This document shows, one piece after another, positions 1 through 11,667 of a stretch of 21,399 nt of DNA. The notes below the pieces were generated by a model. That model saw only the letters and a list, made by a program, of their open reading frames with translations, made no database searches and was not told where the DNA came from. Within the stretch, counting starts at the first letter, position 1. The number at the start of each line of letters is the position of its first letter. Location of the stretch: positions 8,498,166-8,519,564 of the forward strand of contig JANKJI020000001.1 in assembly GCA_024626585.2 (NCBI GenBank). Direction: 5' to 3'. The DNA comes from Ginkgo biloba. Its lineage: Eukaryota; Plantae; Ginkgophyta. The position numbers and the translations under genes were made by a program.

Positions 1-267
1 TAATTATAACTTTAAATCATTTTCATTTAGTTACAGACAATTAATCTAACCTAAGGATATGATGTATAAATATTTCACAAAGCTTGTAATGGAAATAGTT
101 GGACAATTTTTGTTAAAAAAAAAAAGATTTTTCATTATAGCATAAAATATTGATCTAACTTAAAACTTATCTTGTTGTATTCATTTTGTAAGGTCATAAG
201 CACAAACTCACTAATGATAATAATAGTGAGCAATGCTTTAGCTAATAAATAACACAAATACATGCAA

Positions 268-749
268 TGTTAAATATGATCTTCAAGTATAATAATTCTT
301 ACTACTCGTGCTATTCAAAAGTTAATAAGTTCATAATAATAATGATTAGAGAAAAATATAGGAGTACAAACTTCCTAAGAGAATTTTGTTAGAAGAGAAG
401 ATAAAGAGATAATGAAAGAAGTGATTCTAAAACAGGAGGAAGCATATGCTTCCTAAGCACTATTTTTCTTGTTAGAAGATAAGTAGAAACTATTAAAGAT
501 ATTTAATGAAAAATAAGAGGAGATCTAAGATTATATATATAACTTAAATTATAGTGCTTTGCACCAAGCTACCATTATAGTAGTTATGACTATTGTTTAG
601 CTCCTAATTATACCCTAGTGATTAAAAACTCTAGTGTCCTTATTCAACCTACTTGATAGGATTTCATAAAATAATTGAGGCTCACTCTATTTTTATCATG
701 TAGGATCTTTGGGATTTAACCTTCTAAGCCACTTTTGTATTGAAGAACA
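268..749 (-). mobile_element. Candidate 3' LTR (~480 bp) of a chromovirus-type Ty3/Gypsy element
   Basis: Lies just downstream (minus strand) of a PPT and chromodomain remnant. It starts TGTT (749) and ends AACA (268), a terminal inverted repeat, and has an internal TATA-like run at ~531-542. Boundaries are inferred; no second copy is visible. Confidence 0.45.
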
Positions 750-756
750 TAATGTG

Positions 757-768
757 TTCCCCCCTCTT
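757..768 (-). promoter_or_regulatory. Polypurine tract (PPT) AAGAGGGGGGAA
   Basis: Purine run at the end of the chromodomain-coding remnant, a few nt before a TG start. This is the expected PPT position in chromoviruses. Confidence 0.6.
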
Positions 769-769
769 A

Positions 770-1036
770 ATAATACTCTATCCTTATAGTAATTCCATGT
801 TGAGATGGCATTGTATAAATGTATTTATATCTTAGGTCACATCTTCTTTACGTAGGTTGTTTTATTTAATGTGATATTATTAACTATCCTTTAACAACCA
901 TTTTTGGGTTTTGATATCTAGAATTCTTTAAGGCTTTAGGGTCAATTTATGTTCTTTATTAAGTAGTGCTAACTCCATTTAAAGAATAATATTTTCCCCA
1001 ATATACTTTTCAATTTGTGACACATGGAAGTTATTA
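770..1036 (-). pseudogene. Decayed Ty3/Gypsy integrase C-terminus with chromodomain (chromovirus pol 3' end)
   Basis: Manual translation across frameshifts gives NNFHVSQ/LKKYIGENIIL*MELALLNKEHKLTLKP*RILDIKTQKWLLKDS**YHIK*/NLRKEDVT*DINTFIQCH. This matches the FHVSxLKK ... PExILD ... YLIKW ... EDATWE pattern. Not present in the ORF track. Confidence 0.8.
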
Positions 1037-1639
1037 CTTAGTCAACCTTTATTTGATAAGTCTAGTATGTTTTCTACTTCTCCTTCTATTATCTTACTTG
1101 ATGAGGTCATAAAATCCTTTTATTAAGTTAATTTTACAAAGAGGGTCATGACCATTGAGGCTTTCTCCTTCCTGATTCAGACCTCTCTCTTGCTGAAGGG
1201 AACTTTGGTTGATTTCTCCTTTTATTTCCACAGTGTTTGCAACCCTTTCTCTAACTTAACTTATACTCTAATCTTTCCCATTGTTATTTCTTGTCCTCCT
1301 CCTTCACAGTCAGAGGATTCACTGTTGCTTACCATATCTACTAACCTCTGCACTTGCCAACTTTTGTACTTCAATCTCTATAAAGGCTTTCGCCCCCCCT
1401 GCTTAGCTTCAAGCTCCTGTGAGAAAGATAACTGAAAGCGTTGATAAAGGGAGTATGACTTCAAGATTGAATCTATATACCCACCATCTTNNNNNNNNNN
1501 NNNNNNNNNNNNNNNNNNNNNNNNNNNNNNNNNNNNNNNNNNNNNNNNNNNNNNNNNNNNNNNNNNNNNNNNNNNNNNNNNNNNNNNNNNTCTCTTAACT
1601 TAAGTAATTTTTTCCTTATGATAGGGATCATTAAGAAAT

Positions 1640-2373
1640 GTCAAACATTTCTAGTTCTATATGAATAGGTATGTGAAACCCACCTATTAACTTTAAGAAC
1701 AAATAGTCTTAATCATCAATAACTTTCAATAATTTTATGGTGAATTGTTTAAATTCATTAGTACATGCCTCAACACTTTGGCCAGATTTATACTAAAGGT
1801 ATTCCAACTGAATTTGTTATTCTTTCATATACCCATTTGGGTCAATTTTTTTCTTGATTACTTATTTAAATTATTCCCCGCTAGTAATAGACAATTGAAC
1901 TTTTTGGAACTAACTTTTGCATAAGATTTTCCACCAAAGCAAGTCTTGATCCCTCATTTAAACTTAGAAAATGTTATCTTTTAAGGGTTGATTTATTTTT
2001 GGATTGTAAAGTATGTCTCTAGTTGTCTTAGTTAGTCATTAAGACTTTCAACATTCATCTTCCAATTATATATTGGTATTTCTACCTTAGTTTCAACCTT
2101 AAAATTAGTGTTCAGTGTTTGAACTTGGAACTAAATTGTAAGAGGAGTCATGATATCACTACTGCTTATAACACCATTACTAGTTATCATAGTCATCACT
2201 ATCTTCATGAAAAGTATATGGACTAATCACTACATCATTTACAATAACTATAATATTTTTTCATCAAGGTCCATTCGAAGTTCATCTAGGATTCTCTCTA
2301 CATGTTCATCCCTCTTGCTTTCATCTTCCTCTGAAGGTATTTTGGGCCATTCCCATTAATCTCCTCTTGACAT
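1640..2373 (-). pseudogene. Decayed Ty3/Gypsy gag (retrotransposon gag domain)
   Basis: Minus-strand translation from ~2106 gives FKVETKVEIPIYNWKMNVESLND*LRQLETYFTIQK...LLWWK...IDPNGYMKE...KSGQSVEACTNEFKQF...LKLIGGFH. This is a typical plant Gypsy gag with the major-homology-like GQSVxxYxxEF motif, broken by stops and frameshifts. Possible original ATG at 2373. Confidence 0.8.
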
Positions 2374-2592
2374 GTTTCTTGAGGTATTTCTTAAGTTAAC
2401 TAATGCTATCTAGTTCTTCTATAACTTAGAAATAATAGAATTGTCAATCACTCTTCTTCTTCTTGGTATTTAAAATGAATCCAAACCATTAGAATATTCA
2501 AGTTCTTACTCAAGAATTACTAAACCTAAGGATATTGTATCAAAACATACTCAATATTTGTATTTGTTTTTTTTCCAGTTCTAAAAAATTGG

Positions 2593-2604
2593 ACTCTAAT
2601 ACTA
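2593..2604 (-). promoter_or_regulatory. Degenerate primer-binding site (tRNA-iMet type)
   Basis: Minus strand reads TAGTATTAGAGT versus canonical TGGTATCAGAGC (9/12; all three mismatches are G>A or C>T). It lies ~220 bp upstream of gag and 3 nt from a decayed LTR end (ATTATA for ATTACA). Confidence 0.65.
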
Positions 2605-2607
2605 AAA

Positions 2608-3612
2608 TATAATCTTGAACTAAAATGTGTACAATGGAATTAAAAACCATATTCATGAGTTATAGTTACATGTGAAATATTTGTTTTATTAAAGAGAGAA
2701 AATGTAAGGCTCTATAAATCTTAAATATGGAATCAAAGTCCACAAATTTATAGAGCTTAATATCCCTCAAAATGAGTCTAATAATTACATAAAATTGTTG
2801 CCTCACACGAAGAGTAGCTTACAATTTTTAAAACATAAAATTGACGCTATAAGATGAAGAAGGAAGGATTATATAATTATCTCTAGTTTTTTTCTATCAC
2901 TTAAGAGTCTCCAACAATTACAAAATCAAATAAGAACTCCTTCTTATGAGATTTTATTTTTTCTTTAGTTATAACTCTTGAATTAGTTTAAAGCCCATTC
3001 ATTTCATATTCTTGGTCATAGTTGGATGATGTGGAAGTTTTGTTACATGACAAGAGGGTTAATTTGGAAGTAGAGTTGGCAAGATGGAATTTGTAAGTGC
3101 CATATCATGTCATTGTAGCACTTGGTATTTTTTACTATCCTTTGTAGTTTTATAAAGTATCACACTTAGTGTTGTGTCAAAGCCCCTTATAATTTTTGAA
3201 GGCTTTGTCATTTGACAAACATATATGTTCTTGTATCTTATCAAAACCCTTTGTAGTTTTCAGAAGACCATATTATTTTGATAAATATGCATGACTTAAC
3301 AACATATACGTATTATTTAAATTTTTCCAAGTTCACATGAATTTTCCATCTTACAGAATCACATTTTCATCAATCCACCATCTGCATCATGGTGATGGAC
3401 AAATCGCTTAAAGTTTAGATTTTTCTTATAGTTTTTGGAACTTATTATATATGTCATAACTCATTGTAAATTTATAATCATATACGACTTTGACAAATTC
3501 CTATGATAAGTTCTTTCCTTAGAAAAAATCATAGGACTTTATGATTTTAAAGTGCTAATTATCCATATTGTGACTTGGGCTATGGAGCCAGGACCTTGTC
3601 AGGGGTGTTACC
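2608..3612 (-). mobile_element. Candidate 5' LTR (~1 kb) of the gag-bearing Gypsy element
   Basis: Directly upstream of the PBS. The distal end reads GGTAACACCCC on the minus strand, one mismatch from the common Gypsy LTR start TGTAACACCCC. Both terminal dinucleotides are mutated, so boundaries are inferred. Confidence 0.45.
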
Positions 3613-3785
3613 CCTTTCATCCCATTTGTAATTTTTGTCCTANNNNNNNNNNNNNNNNNNNNNNNNNNNNGTTTTTAGACACATTCTTTGGCCTTTCCTA
3701 AAATTATTAGCTTCTTGCCTTTTTAAAGTTGAATTTGATAAAATTCCTTATTCTTTAGATCCAACTCACGTCACACTCAGATCTA

Positions 3786-3810
3786 TGTGTGTGTGTGTGA
3801 GAGAGAGAGA
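3786..3810. repeat. Compound microsatellite (TG)7(AG)5
   Basis: Read directly: tgtgtgtgtgtgtg followed by agagagagaga. Confidence 0.9.
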
Positions 3811-6728
3811 TAGGGGAATAGAATGGGAGGATCCCAATGATAATATTCCTCCTAAGATACTTATGACTCCTTGACTTCCCTATTTGAGTTTATTATTTGT
3901 GTTCTTNNNNNNNNNNNNNNNNNNNNNNNNNNNNNNNNNNNNNNNNNNNNNNNNNNNNNNNNNNNNNNNNNNNNNNNNNNNNNNNNNNNNNNNNNNNNNN
4001 NNNNNNNNNNNNNNNNNNNNNNNNNNNNNNNNNNNNNNNNNNNNNNNNNNNNNNNNNNNNNNNNNNNNNNNNNNNNNNNNNNNNNNNNNNNNNNNNNNNN
4101 NNNNNNNNNNNNNNNNNNNNNNNNNNNNNNNNNNNNNNNNNNNNNNNNNNNNNNNNNNNNNNNNNNNNNNNNNNNNNNNNNNNNNNNNNNNNNNNNNNNN
4201 NNNNNNNNNNNNNNNNNNNNNNNNNNNNNNNNNNNNNNNNNNNNNNNNNNNNNNNNNNNNNNNNNNNNNNNNNNNNNNNNNNNNNNNNNNNNNNNNNNNN
4301 NNNNNNNNNNNNNNNNNNNNNNNNNNNNNNNNNNNNNNNNNNNNNNNNNNNNNNNNNNNNNNNNNNNNNNNNNNNNNNNNNNNNNNNNNNNNNNNNNNNN
4401 NNNNNNNNNNNNNNNNNNNNNNNNNNNNNNNNNNNNNNNNNNNNNNNNNNNNNNNNNNNNNNNNNNNNNNNNNNNNNNNNNNNNNNNNNNNNNNNNNNNN
4501 NNNNNNNNNNNNNNNNNNNNNNNNNNNNNNNNNNNNNNNNNNNNNNNNNNNNNNNNNNNNNNNNNNNNNNNNNNNNNNNNNNNNNNNNNNNNNNNNNNNN
4601 NNNNNNNNNNNNNNNNNNNNNNNNNNNNNNNNNNNNNNNNNNNNNNNNNNNNNNNNNNNNNNNNNNNNNNNNNNNNNNNNNNNNNNNNNNNNNNNNNNNN
4701 NNNNNNNNNNNNNNNNNNNNNNNNNNNNNNNNNNNNNNNNNNNNNNNNNNNNNNNNNNNNNNNNNNNNNNNNNNNNNNNNNNNNNNNNNNNNNNNNNNNN
4801 NNNNNNNNNNNNNNNNNNNNNNNNNNNNNNNNNNNNNNNNNNNNNNNNNNNNNNTACGACCCTTTTAAATTATAATATTATATATAGCATGATCTATATG
4901 CAAGGCTTATCCTATATCTTCTTGATGTACTATGCAATTTTATTGATTGAATGAATCAAATATTGAAAATAATAAACATTTGTATTTAAAATTAAAACTT
5001 GAGTTTTCATAATTGTCTCATTAATTTTGTTTTTATTAGTTTTGGTTTGAGGTAATAATTTAGGAACTTTTTCTTAAAANNNNNNNNNNNNNNNNNNNNN
5101 NNNNAGTATGTTTCTTTAACTAATAATACATATAAGGTGTTATATATCATATTCCCCTTGCTAATTAGTTAATTTCTAGGTGTTTCCTATTTTCAAAACC
5201 AAAATTAATTTGATTATATTTGTTATTTTATAAAGTAAATTAATCCCAAGAGATGCAACAATTGAAATTAAATTGATGTAGGTGATAGTTGGAAGTTACA
5301 CTAGAAGATAAGGTAGTCAACATGTAATCTAAAAATGGTTTAACTTAGAGTTTTCGGAGGCATACAACATATATTATATAGGGATATGTTAAAATCTAGG
5401 TTATGAATGTTGATCTCAAGCCTACAAGGAGACCTATAAACTTTGAAACATTCTAGGGCAAGAAAGAGGAGGAAGTTGAGTGGAGAAAATTAACTTATTT
5501 AGATGATAGTGATTAANNNNNNNNNNCAATTCATTAGGTTTAGCCCATGAGACTACTCTTGGGTAACTTGATTACGTTTGAATTATATCTATGATCTATT
5601 TTATGTTTAATTATAACTCTCATGATTAATTATTAAGTTGGTGAATTTTTTGGATGCCAGTTTAATAAATAATTTGTTTATCTTTTTTGTGATCATTTCT
5701 CTATGCAACAAGGTCAAAGGATATCATGTAAAGTTACTTTTTCCAAATCAATGAAGTTTACTTTCAATAAAAAAATTGGATGTATACAATTGAAATAGTG
5801 AGATGATTTTTTTATAATTTATTATCTTAATAAAAGTTTGTCTTTGTATATTTTAGTTTGTATCAATTCTTCATGATTTAAATAGTATCGTCTTGATTAT
5901 GTATGAAGTATTCATGATCTTATTCGTTTCCATACACCACATGTTGTACTAGAATGGATTAATGACATCTCCTTTAATTAATCCTTAGTTCCTTGCATAT
6001 TTTATTTATATTGTTCATAAGTCTAGATGATTTAAAGTGGCTCTTTAGATTAGTTTTTCATAGATCTCTACAAGGAAAAAATGTTCATAAGATCAAACTA
6101 TTCCTTCCTACAACATGAAAACACTACCCAAATCTCCATTAGAATTAATTTTTACTTGGATACTGGCCTTCTTTCCCATGCTTTACTATTTTGGAGGCTT
6201 CTTAGGTCATTTCTTATATTACGTATTAATCAACCTTGGTCAAAGTATAGTCCAAGGATAGGTCTAAGGAGGAAAAAGGAAGCTTAGACGTATTAATTAT
6301 AACCTTAGATATCAAACATCCCTTATCAGTGAAGGACACTGAGAAGCAACTTAACCTTGAATAAAGCATGATAATACTAAAGATGGTGTCTAATTATAAT
6401 GGTGGGNNNNNNNNNNNNNNNNNNNNNNNNNNNNNNNNNNNNNNNNNNNNNNNNNNNNNNNNNNNNNNNNNNNNNNNNNNNNNATTTAAGGAACATTTGA
6501 ACTTCTACAAAGGTTTTCTAATCCCCACTTAGCCTACTTGTCATTCGATGTTAGGTATGACCAAGTACCATCAAGAAGTATAAAAGGAAGGCTAAGTTTG
6601 ACATCATAATTCATCATGCATTGTCTACCTACATTGGATTTCTCTTCCTTGGTGTCTAACATCTTATCTACTACTCTTAGAAGTCATATTTATTTTCTAT
6701 ACTTCTACCCTTAGCATGGAAAAGTGCT

Positions 6729-8313
6729 TGTTGATCACTATTTTTTATACTTGATTTACATAATATAATTAGGCTGTACAGTTGCAACTCAAAGACGAAA
6801 GTACCAAAATAACATAATAGGAAGGATTTAGGGGGTTCTCAATATTCTGTGGGTTGTTGCCTTATTTCTAAATAATAAAGAATTATTTTGATGACTTAAT
6901 ACTATTTATACTATTTACATGGTTGATAAAAATATGATCTCATTACTATTGACTTCCTTTTGGGGTCAATGGTGATGCCGTCATGTCCCGAGGGACAATT
7001 GAGGGGACTACCTCAAAATGATCCACATCACTGGTTCCACTAAGAGATGATTTATGATGAAATTAGGGTGATGTGTAAGGTTTTATGGGGTTGGGTATAG
7101 CTATTGATGGAGGAACTGAGGAGTAGGTGACAACTAGTGTTTCAGGATCTTACTATCGACCTTTAATTTTGGTTCATTCTCAATCCACTAATGATTCAAT
7201 AACTTTGTATGGATGTTTAGTAGGGTATGGGAATGCAGTAGGAGATGGATTATCTACGTCAAAAATATTAGGGATCCAAAACATGTCTAGGGATCTACCT
7301 ACCTCTAATTCTCTCTTGGGAAACCTAGGAAGTTGTTCTTCAGGTTGGTCAATGTTGTGTGAATACACAACAAGGCTTAAGAACCCCATTTGTGGCCTTA
7401 ACTGGGCCCAAAACTAAGTATCCCTTAATAAAAGTCAAAATAAAGGATAAATAGTGTTGCGGGGTAAAACCCCCCTTGGTTTTATTGATGGATTATGGCT
7501 ATTGATGTGGCGCCATGTATATTTTTTGGTGACCAGTTTACCCAGTGGGCGTGGTNNNNNNNNNNNNNNNNNNNNNNNNNNNNNNNNNNNNNNNNNNNNN
7601 NNNNNNNNNNNNNNNNNNNNNNNNNNNNNNNNNNNNNNNNNNNNNNNNNNNNNNNTATCTCTCTCTCGAGAATTATATTGCATGATTCTGGATTTAATAC
7701 GTGAATATTTGATATATTATGGATATATTTCATGTATTCTAATATTATTTTGTATTTTATATCTTTTGGAGCAAGATTTATGGTTATTTGTCTAACTTTT
7801 GACATAAGAGTCAATAGGGGGAACCATGACACACTTGCCTTCACTGGATGGAATGATCACCAATTGTTCTTTATCGATTCGTGATACTTCTACTTCCCTT
7901 ATGGACTCAAGGAGTTTATCTCCTAAGATAAGTGGCACATCTCCTAGGAGCATTGGGATCTTCTTTGTCGATGAAACCTCCATTATTTTATCTCCCTTGT
8001 GGGTATCTAAAGGGATAGGAGGTATTTGTGTCATGATGAGTGCATTCTCTTCTCTCGCTATGTGATCCAACTTGGTTTTAATTAGGATCATATCTTAAGA
8101 TAGGGATTTATGTGAGAATATGGTTGAAATTAACTCTTGGATATTTGATTCTGGAGATCTAGTAAATGAAAATGTCTACACAAGAGTTCCCTCAACTTTG
8201 TTCATCAAACCTTGAGCTTATTTTATCAATTGGATGGTTTTCTTTTACTCACCAAGATGATATTCTCTCTCTATTAGATCTTATGATTCTATGGAGTTTA
8301 TTTTCTCTCTCTA
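6729..8313 (-). repeat. Direct repeat copy 1 (homologous to 13223-15049); LTR-type 3' end ...GATCAACA
   Basis: Collinear blocks: tgttgatcactattttttatacttgattta (6729) vs tgtcgatgactatttttcgtacttgattta (13223); gaaagtaccaaaataacata (6797/13291); ttgaggggactacctcaaaatg (~7000/~14201); atcaattggatggtttt (~8225/~14961). This copy has an internal deletion and a nested insertion. Confidence 0.9.
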
Positions 8314-10665
8314 TTAGGGAAAGGTCACCTCCCTAATTTCTTTCTACCTTGAGTCTTCCATCCCTGAGATTTCCTAGTAACCTTCTTCTAACATTTCTTT
8401 CTTCAAATCTAGGCAATTGCACACTTTTTCTAGTCTTGTCAAATGGAATTTTATCAGTTGTTCTCCTTTTGATACCTTATCAATGCTATGCATCACTTGA
8501 TTGCATATCTCACTAACTTCGTCTCTTGTCAAAGATAATCTCTTATGCACATCAACTACAAGTTAAGCAGGGATAAATTTTACCTTTTGGATCTCCTCTA
8601 TGTNNNNNNNNNNNNNNNNNNNNNNNNNNNNNNNNNNNNNNNNNNNNNNNNNNNNNNNNNNNNNNNNNNNNNNNNNNNNNNNNNNNNNNNNNNNNNNNNN
8701 NNNNNNNNNNNNNNNNTTATGTTTCCAATTGTATCGGTTTGGTTTGTACATTGGGAGGGATTGGAGGGGTTTCCTTTACCACTATTATTTTTTTCCTTAG
8801 GATATGCACATGGGGGTGGAGGTTAGGTAGGATGTATATGGCCAAGGTGGACTTATCTTCTGAATGCAATGCTCCCAATTTAATAATATCATGCAATAAT
8901 AAATTGACTTTCTTGCTTAGAGAATCCTNNNNNNNNNNNNNNNNNNNNNNNNNNNNNNNNNNNNNNNNNNNNNNNNNNNNNNNNNNNNNNNNNNNNNNNN
9001 NNNNNNNNNNNNNNNNNNNNNNNNNNNNNNNNNNNNNNNNNNNNNNNNNNNNNNNNNNNNNNNNNNNNNNNNNNNNNNNNNNNNNNNNNNNNNNNNNNNN
9101 NNNNNNNNNNNNNNNNNNNNNNNNNNNNNNNNNNNNNNNNNNNNNNNNNNNNNNNNNNNNNNNNNNNNNNNNNNNNNNNNNNNNNNNNNNNNNNNNNNNN
9201 NNNNNNNNNNNNNNNNNNNNNNNNNNNNNNNNNNNNNNNNNNNNNNNNNNNNNNNNNNNNNNNNNNNNNNNNNNNNNNNNNNNNNNNNNNNNNNNNNNNN
9301 NNNNNNNNNNNNNNNNNNNNNNNNNNNNNNNNNNNNNNNNNNNNNNNNNNNNNNNNNNNNNNNNNNNNNNNNNNNNNNNNNNNNNNNNNNNNNNNNNNNN
9401 NNNNNNNNNNNNNNNNNNNNNNNNNNNNNNNNNNNNNNNNNNNNNNNNNNNNNNNNNNNNNNNNNNNNNNNNNNNNNNNNNNNNNNNNNNNNNNNNNNNN
9501 NNNNNNNNNNNNNNNNNNNNNNNNNNNNNNNNNNNNNNNNNNNNNNNNNNNNNNNNNNNNNNNNNNNNNNNNNNNNNNNNNNNNNNNNNNNNNNNNNNNN
9601 NNNNNNNNNNNNNNNNNNNNNNNNNNNNNNNNNNNNNNNNNNNNNNNNNNNNNNNNNNNNNNNCTCTAAAGCAGGAATTTGGCAAGTGTTTTTCTTTGAA
9701 TCCCCAAATGGTTTGGTCTATCAACCCCAGATGAGGCCAAGATGGGAATAACTTATTATCATCGGGTGCATGAAATACTATTAGAGATACATAGGTAATT
9801 TTATAATCCTGCTTCCATTGGAGTTATCTCCATTTCTTATTAATGTATTAATGGAATTTTCACTCCTCTCTGAGCCATCATTTAGTTGCCGCAACATCAT
9901 GTAGAATTTTTACAAATAAGCCATGGCAACCCTATCTTTAGTGCCTCCTCTTTTCCTTTGTATTCATGAATACAAATTTAGGTGAGGATGGGATTATGGT
10001 TAAATCCACCAAAGAGGTCCCAAATCTTTATGAAAATAACAACAACCAAAGAAGGCATAGGGAAAGGGCACCCAAATATTTGTGCGGTTGTGCAATGTTC
10101 TTTAAGTCTATCATCCAACTAAGGGGCCCATGCATAAATGGTTCCTTTGACCACCTTTGATGCTATCATATCCCATTGGTGACTCAAATAGGTGCTAGCC
10201 TCTATGACAATCAATCTCCTGGCCATATTCTTGGTGGCCTACTTAGCTCCCTAATCAATGATTCAATTTATGATAAAACCATTGTATTTGCTTCGGATGT
10301 CATCTTTCTCACAACTTAGTTATAACCTTTGAATGATCATTTCCCTTCCCATATGACTTAATTCTTCCCTAAGCTCAATTTATCTCCCTAAATAGGCATC
10401 CCTGAATGTAGTTGATTAAATTTTCATCCATTGGGATGACTCTATTCTGAAACCAAAATGTGCCATTCTTAAAATGACAAAGCATCTTGACTACAATGGG
10501 GTAATGCAAGTATAGGATATGATATTTTGCATAGTAGAATATCCTTGGATGTATTAGACATATATATTCTTGGTAGAGTTGTCCTTCAACATTTTCTATA
10601 GTGAATTACTCCCATTTCTAATCTTAATGGCCTTCAACAACTTTAGTTACTTAAAATGACCGCAT
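6960..10665 (-). pseudogene. Long decayed retrotransposon extra ORF (plant-mobile-domain/Transposase_32-like N-terminus, coiled-coil middle, low-complexity tail)
   Basis: From the ATG at 10665: MRSF*VTKVVEGH...PIVVKMLCHFKNGTFWFQNRVIPMDENLINYIQG, then KYNGFIIN*IID*GAK*ATKNMARRLIV...ASKVVKGTIYAWAP*LDDRLKEHCTTAQIFGCPFPMPSLVVVIF (to ~10020). A helical E/K/L-rich frame follows at 8320-8600, then ORF-track fragments 7792-8091 and 7180-7389. The domain name is from recalled resemblance only. Confidence 0.6.
7353..7809. mobile_element. Nested solo-LTR-like insertion with 5-bp TSD (GTCAA)
   Basis: Absent from the homologous copy, which has a single GTCGA at 14546-14550. Flanked by GTCAA at 7348-7352 and 7810-7814. 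Termini are TGTTG...TAAGA, one change from TAACA. It contains a 100-N gap, so the true length is unknown. Confidence 0.85.
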
Positions 10666-11655
10666 TGTTATAAATTAAAAAGGAAAAATAAACACACAAA
10701 AAGTAAAATTTTTGGAGTTGGGAATATTCCAGATGTAAATGTACTCCTATTTCTTGAGTAAATTATTTGCAGACTGTGAATGTTTGATTCAAAGAAAATA
10801 AGTATCTCTATAGTACATATAGGCTTTGATGATGCTAGAGGATATTTTTTGCAAGATGACTAAGATTTGAATAAAAATGGGCATTAGAGGGTAGGCGAAA
10901 AAAATTTAAAGGCTTTAACCCACCTCATTCTTCAAAATTAATGACAATGAATTCTTATCACATAAGGAAGCATTTCATCATTATTAAAACTACTTAGAAG
11001 GTTCCAACTTCATTGTAAAAATAGATATTAAATTACTATAATATCTATTATCACAACCAAGGATTAATATTAATAATTTGGAGCATTTTAAGATTTAAGA
11101 TATAACTAGATTCTAGTTATACATGTGGTGTTTATCAGGCTTTAGCTATGGGCACATCGTAATTTTGGCCTAATTTAGGTTGTAAATAAATTTAATATTT
11201 TTATAGGGATAATCTTTTTTAAAGAACCCTAAACTTTTTATTTTTGATGTAATTTGTTTCAATTTTTTGTAATATAATTTGCATCATTCTCATTATAACC
11301 ACAAAAATTGGTATAACTTAGAAGAACAAAACACTTTAGAGTTGCTTAAACTATTCACTCATTTAAATTCCATGTCTTGAGATTAGTTAAAATAGCGAAG
11401 AGCAATTGACTTTACTACATTGACAAATGTTCATCTTAATCAACAAAAGGCACATGATGGTGAGTCTTTTTCCTCTTTTAACACTAAAATAAAATACAAA
11501 TTCAAGAATGAGATTAAAAATAATTCATTAATGATACGATTTTGAGATAAGTGTCTTAAACTAATAAATTTAGTATACATGTGCAAGAAGGGACAATAAC
11601 TAATGTAGCCCAACTAGGCAATATAACTAATATCTACTATTAGTCCAATCAACCA

Positions 11656-11667
11656 CCCCCTTCCCCC
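11656..11667 (-). promoter_or_regulatory. PPT-like tract GGGGGAAGGGGG
   Basis: An isolated purine run in very AT-rich DNA downstream of gag. It is followed immediately by TGGTTGAT, one inserted base away from TGTTGAT, the inverted complement of the repeat end ATCAACA at 6729. Confidence 0.45.

Noticed and set aside
1148-1435. 95-aa plus-strand ORF
   Set aside because: Low-complexity F/L/S composition from CT-rich DNA with no domain motif.
3871-4954. Long ORFs of 320-356 aa in the track (also at 8717-9734, 13377-14054 and 17851-18549)
   Set aside because: Artefacts of translating through N runs.
5105-5955. Possible hAT transposase 3' remnant (acidic, purine-rich stretch followed by T-rich tail)
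   Set aside because: No diagnostic motif or terminal inverted repeat could be recovered.
9664-9960. LINE ORF1-like motifs (EEALKIGLPWL; KHLPNSCFR resembling a zinc-knuckle lead-in)
   Set aside because: The second Cys is not supported (next codon starts with G), no endonuclease or RT follows, and the segment is collinear with the LTR-element extra ORF.
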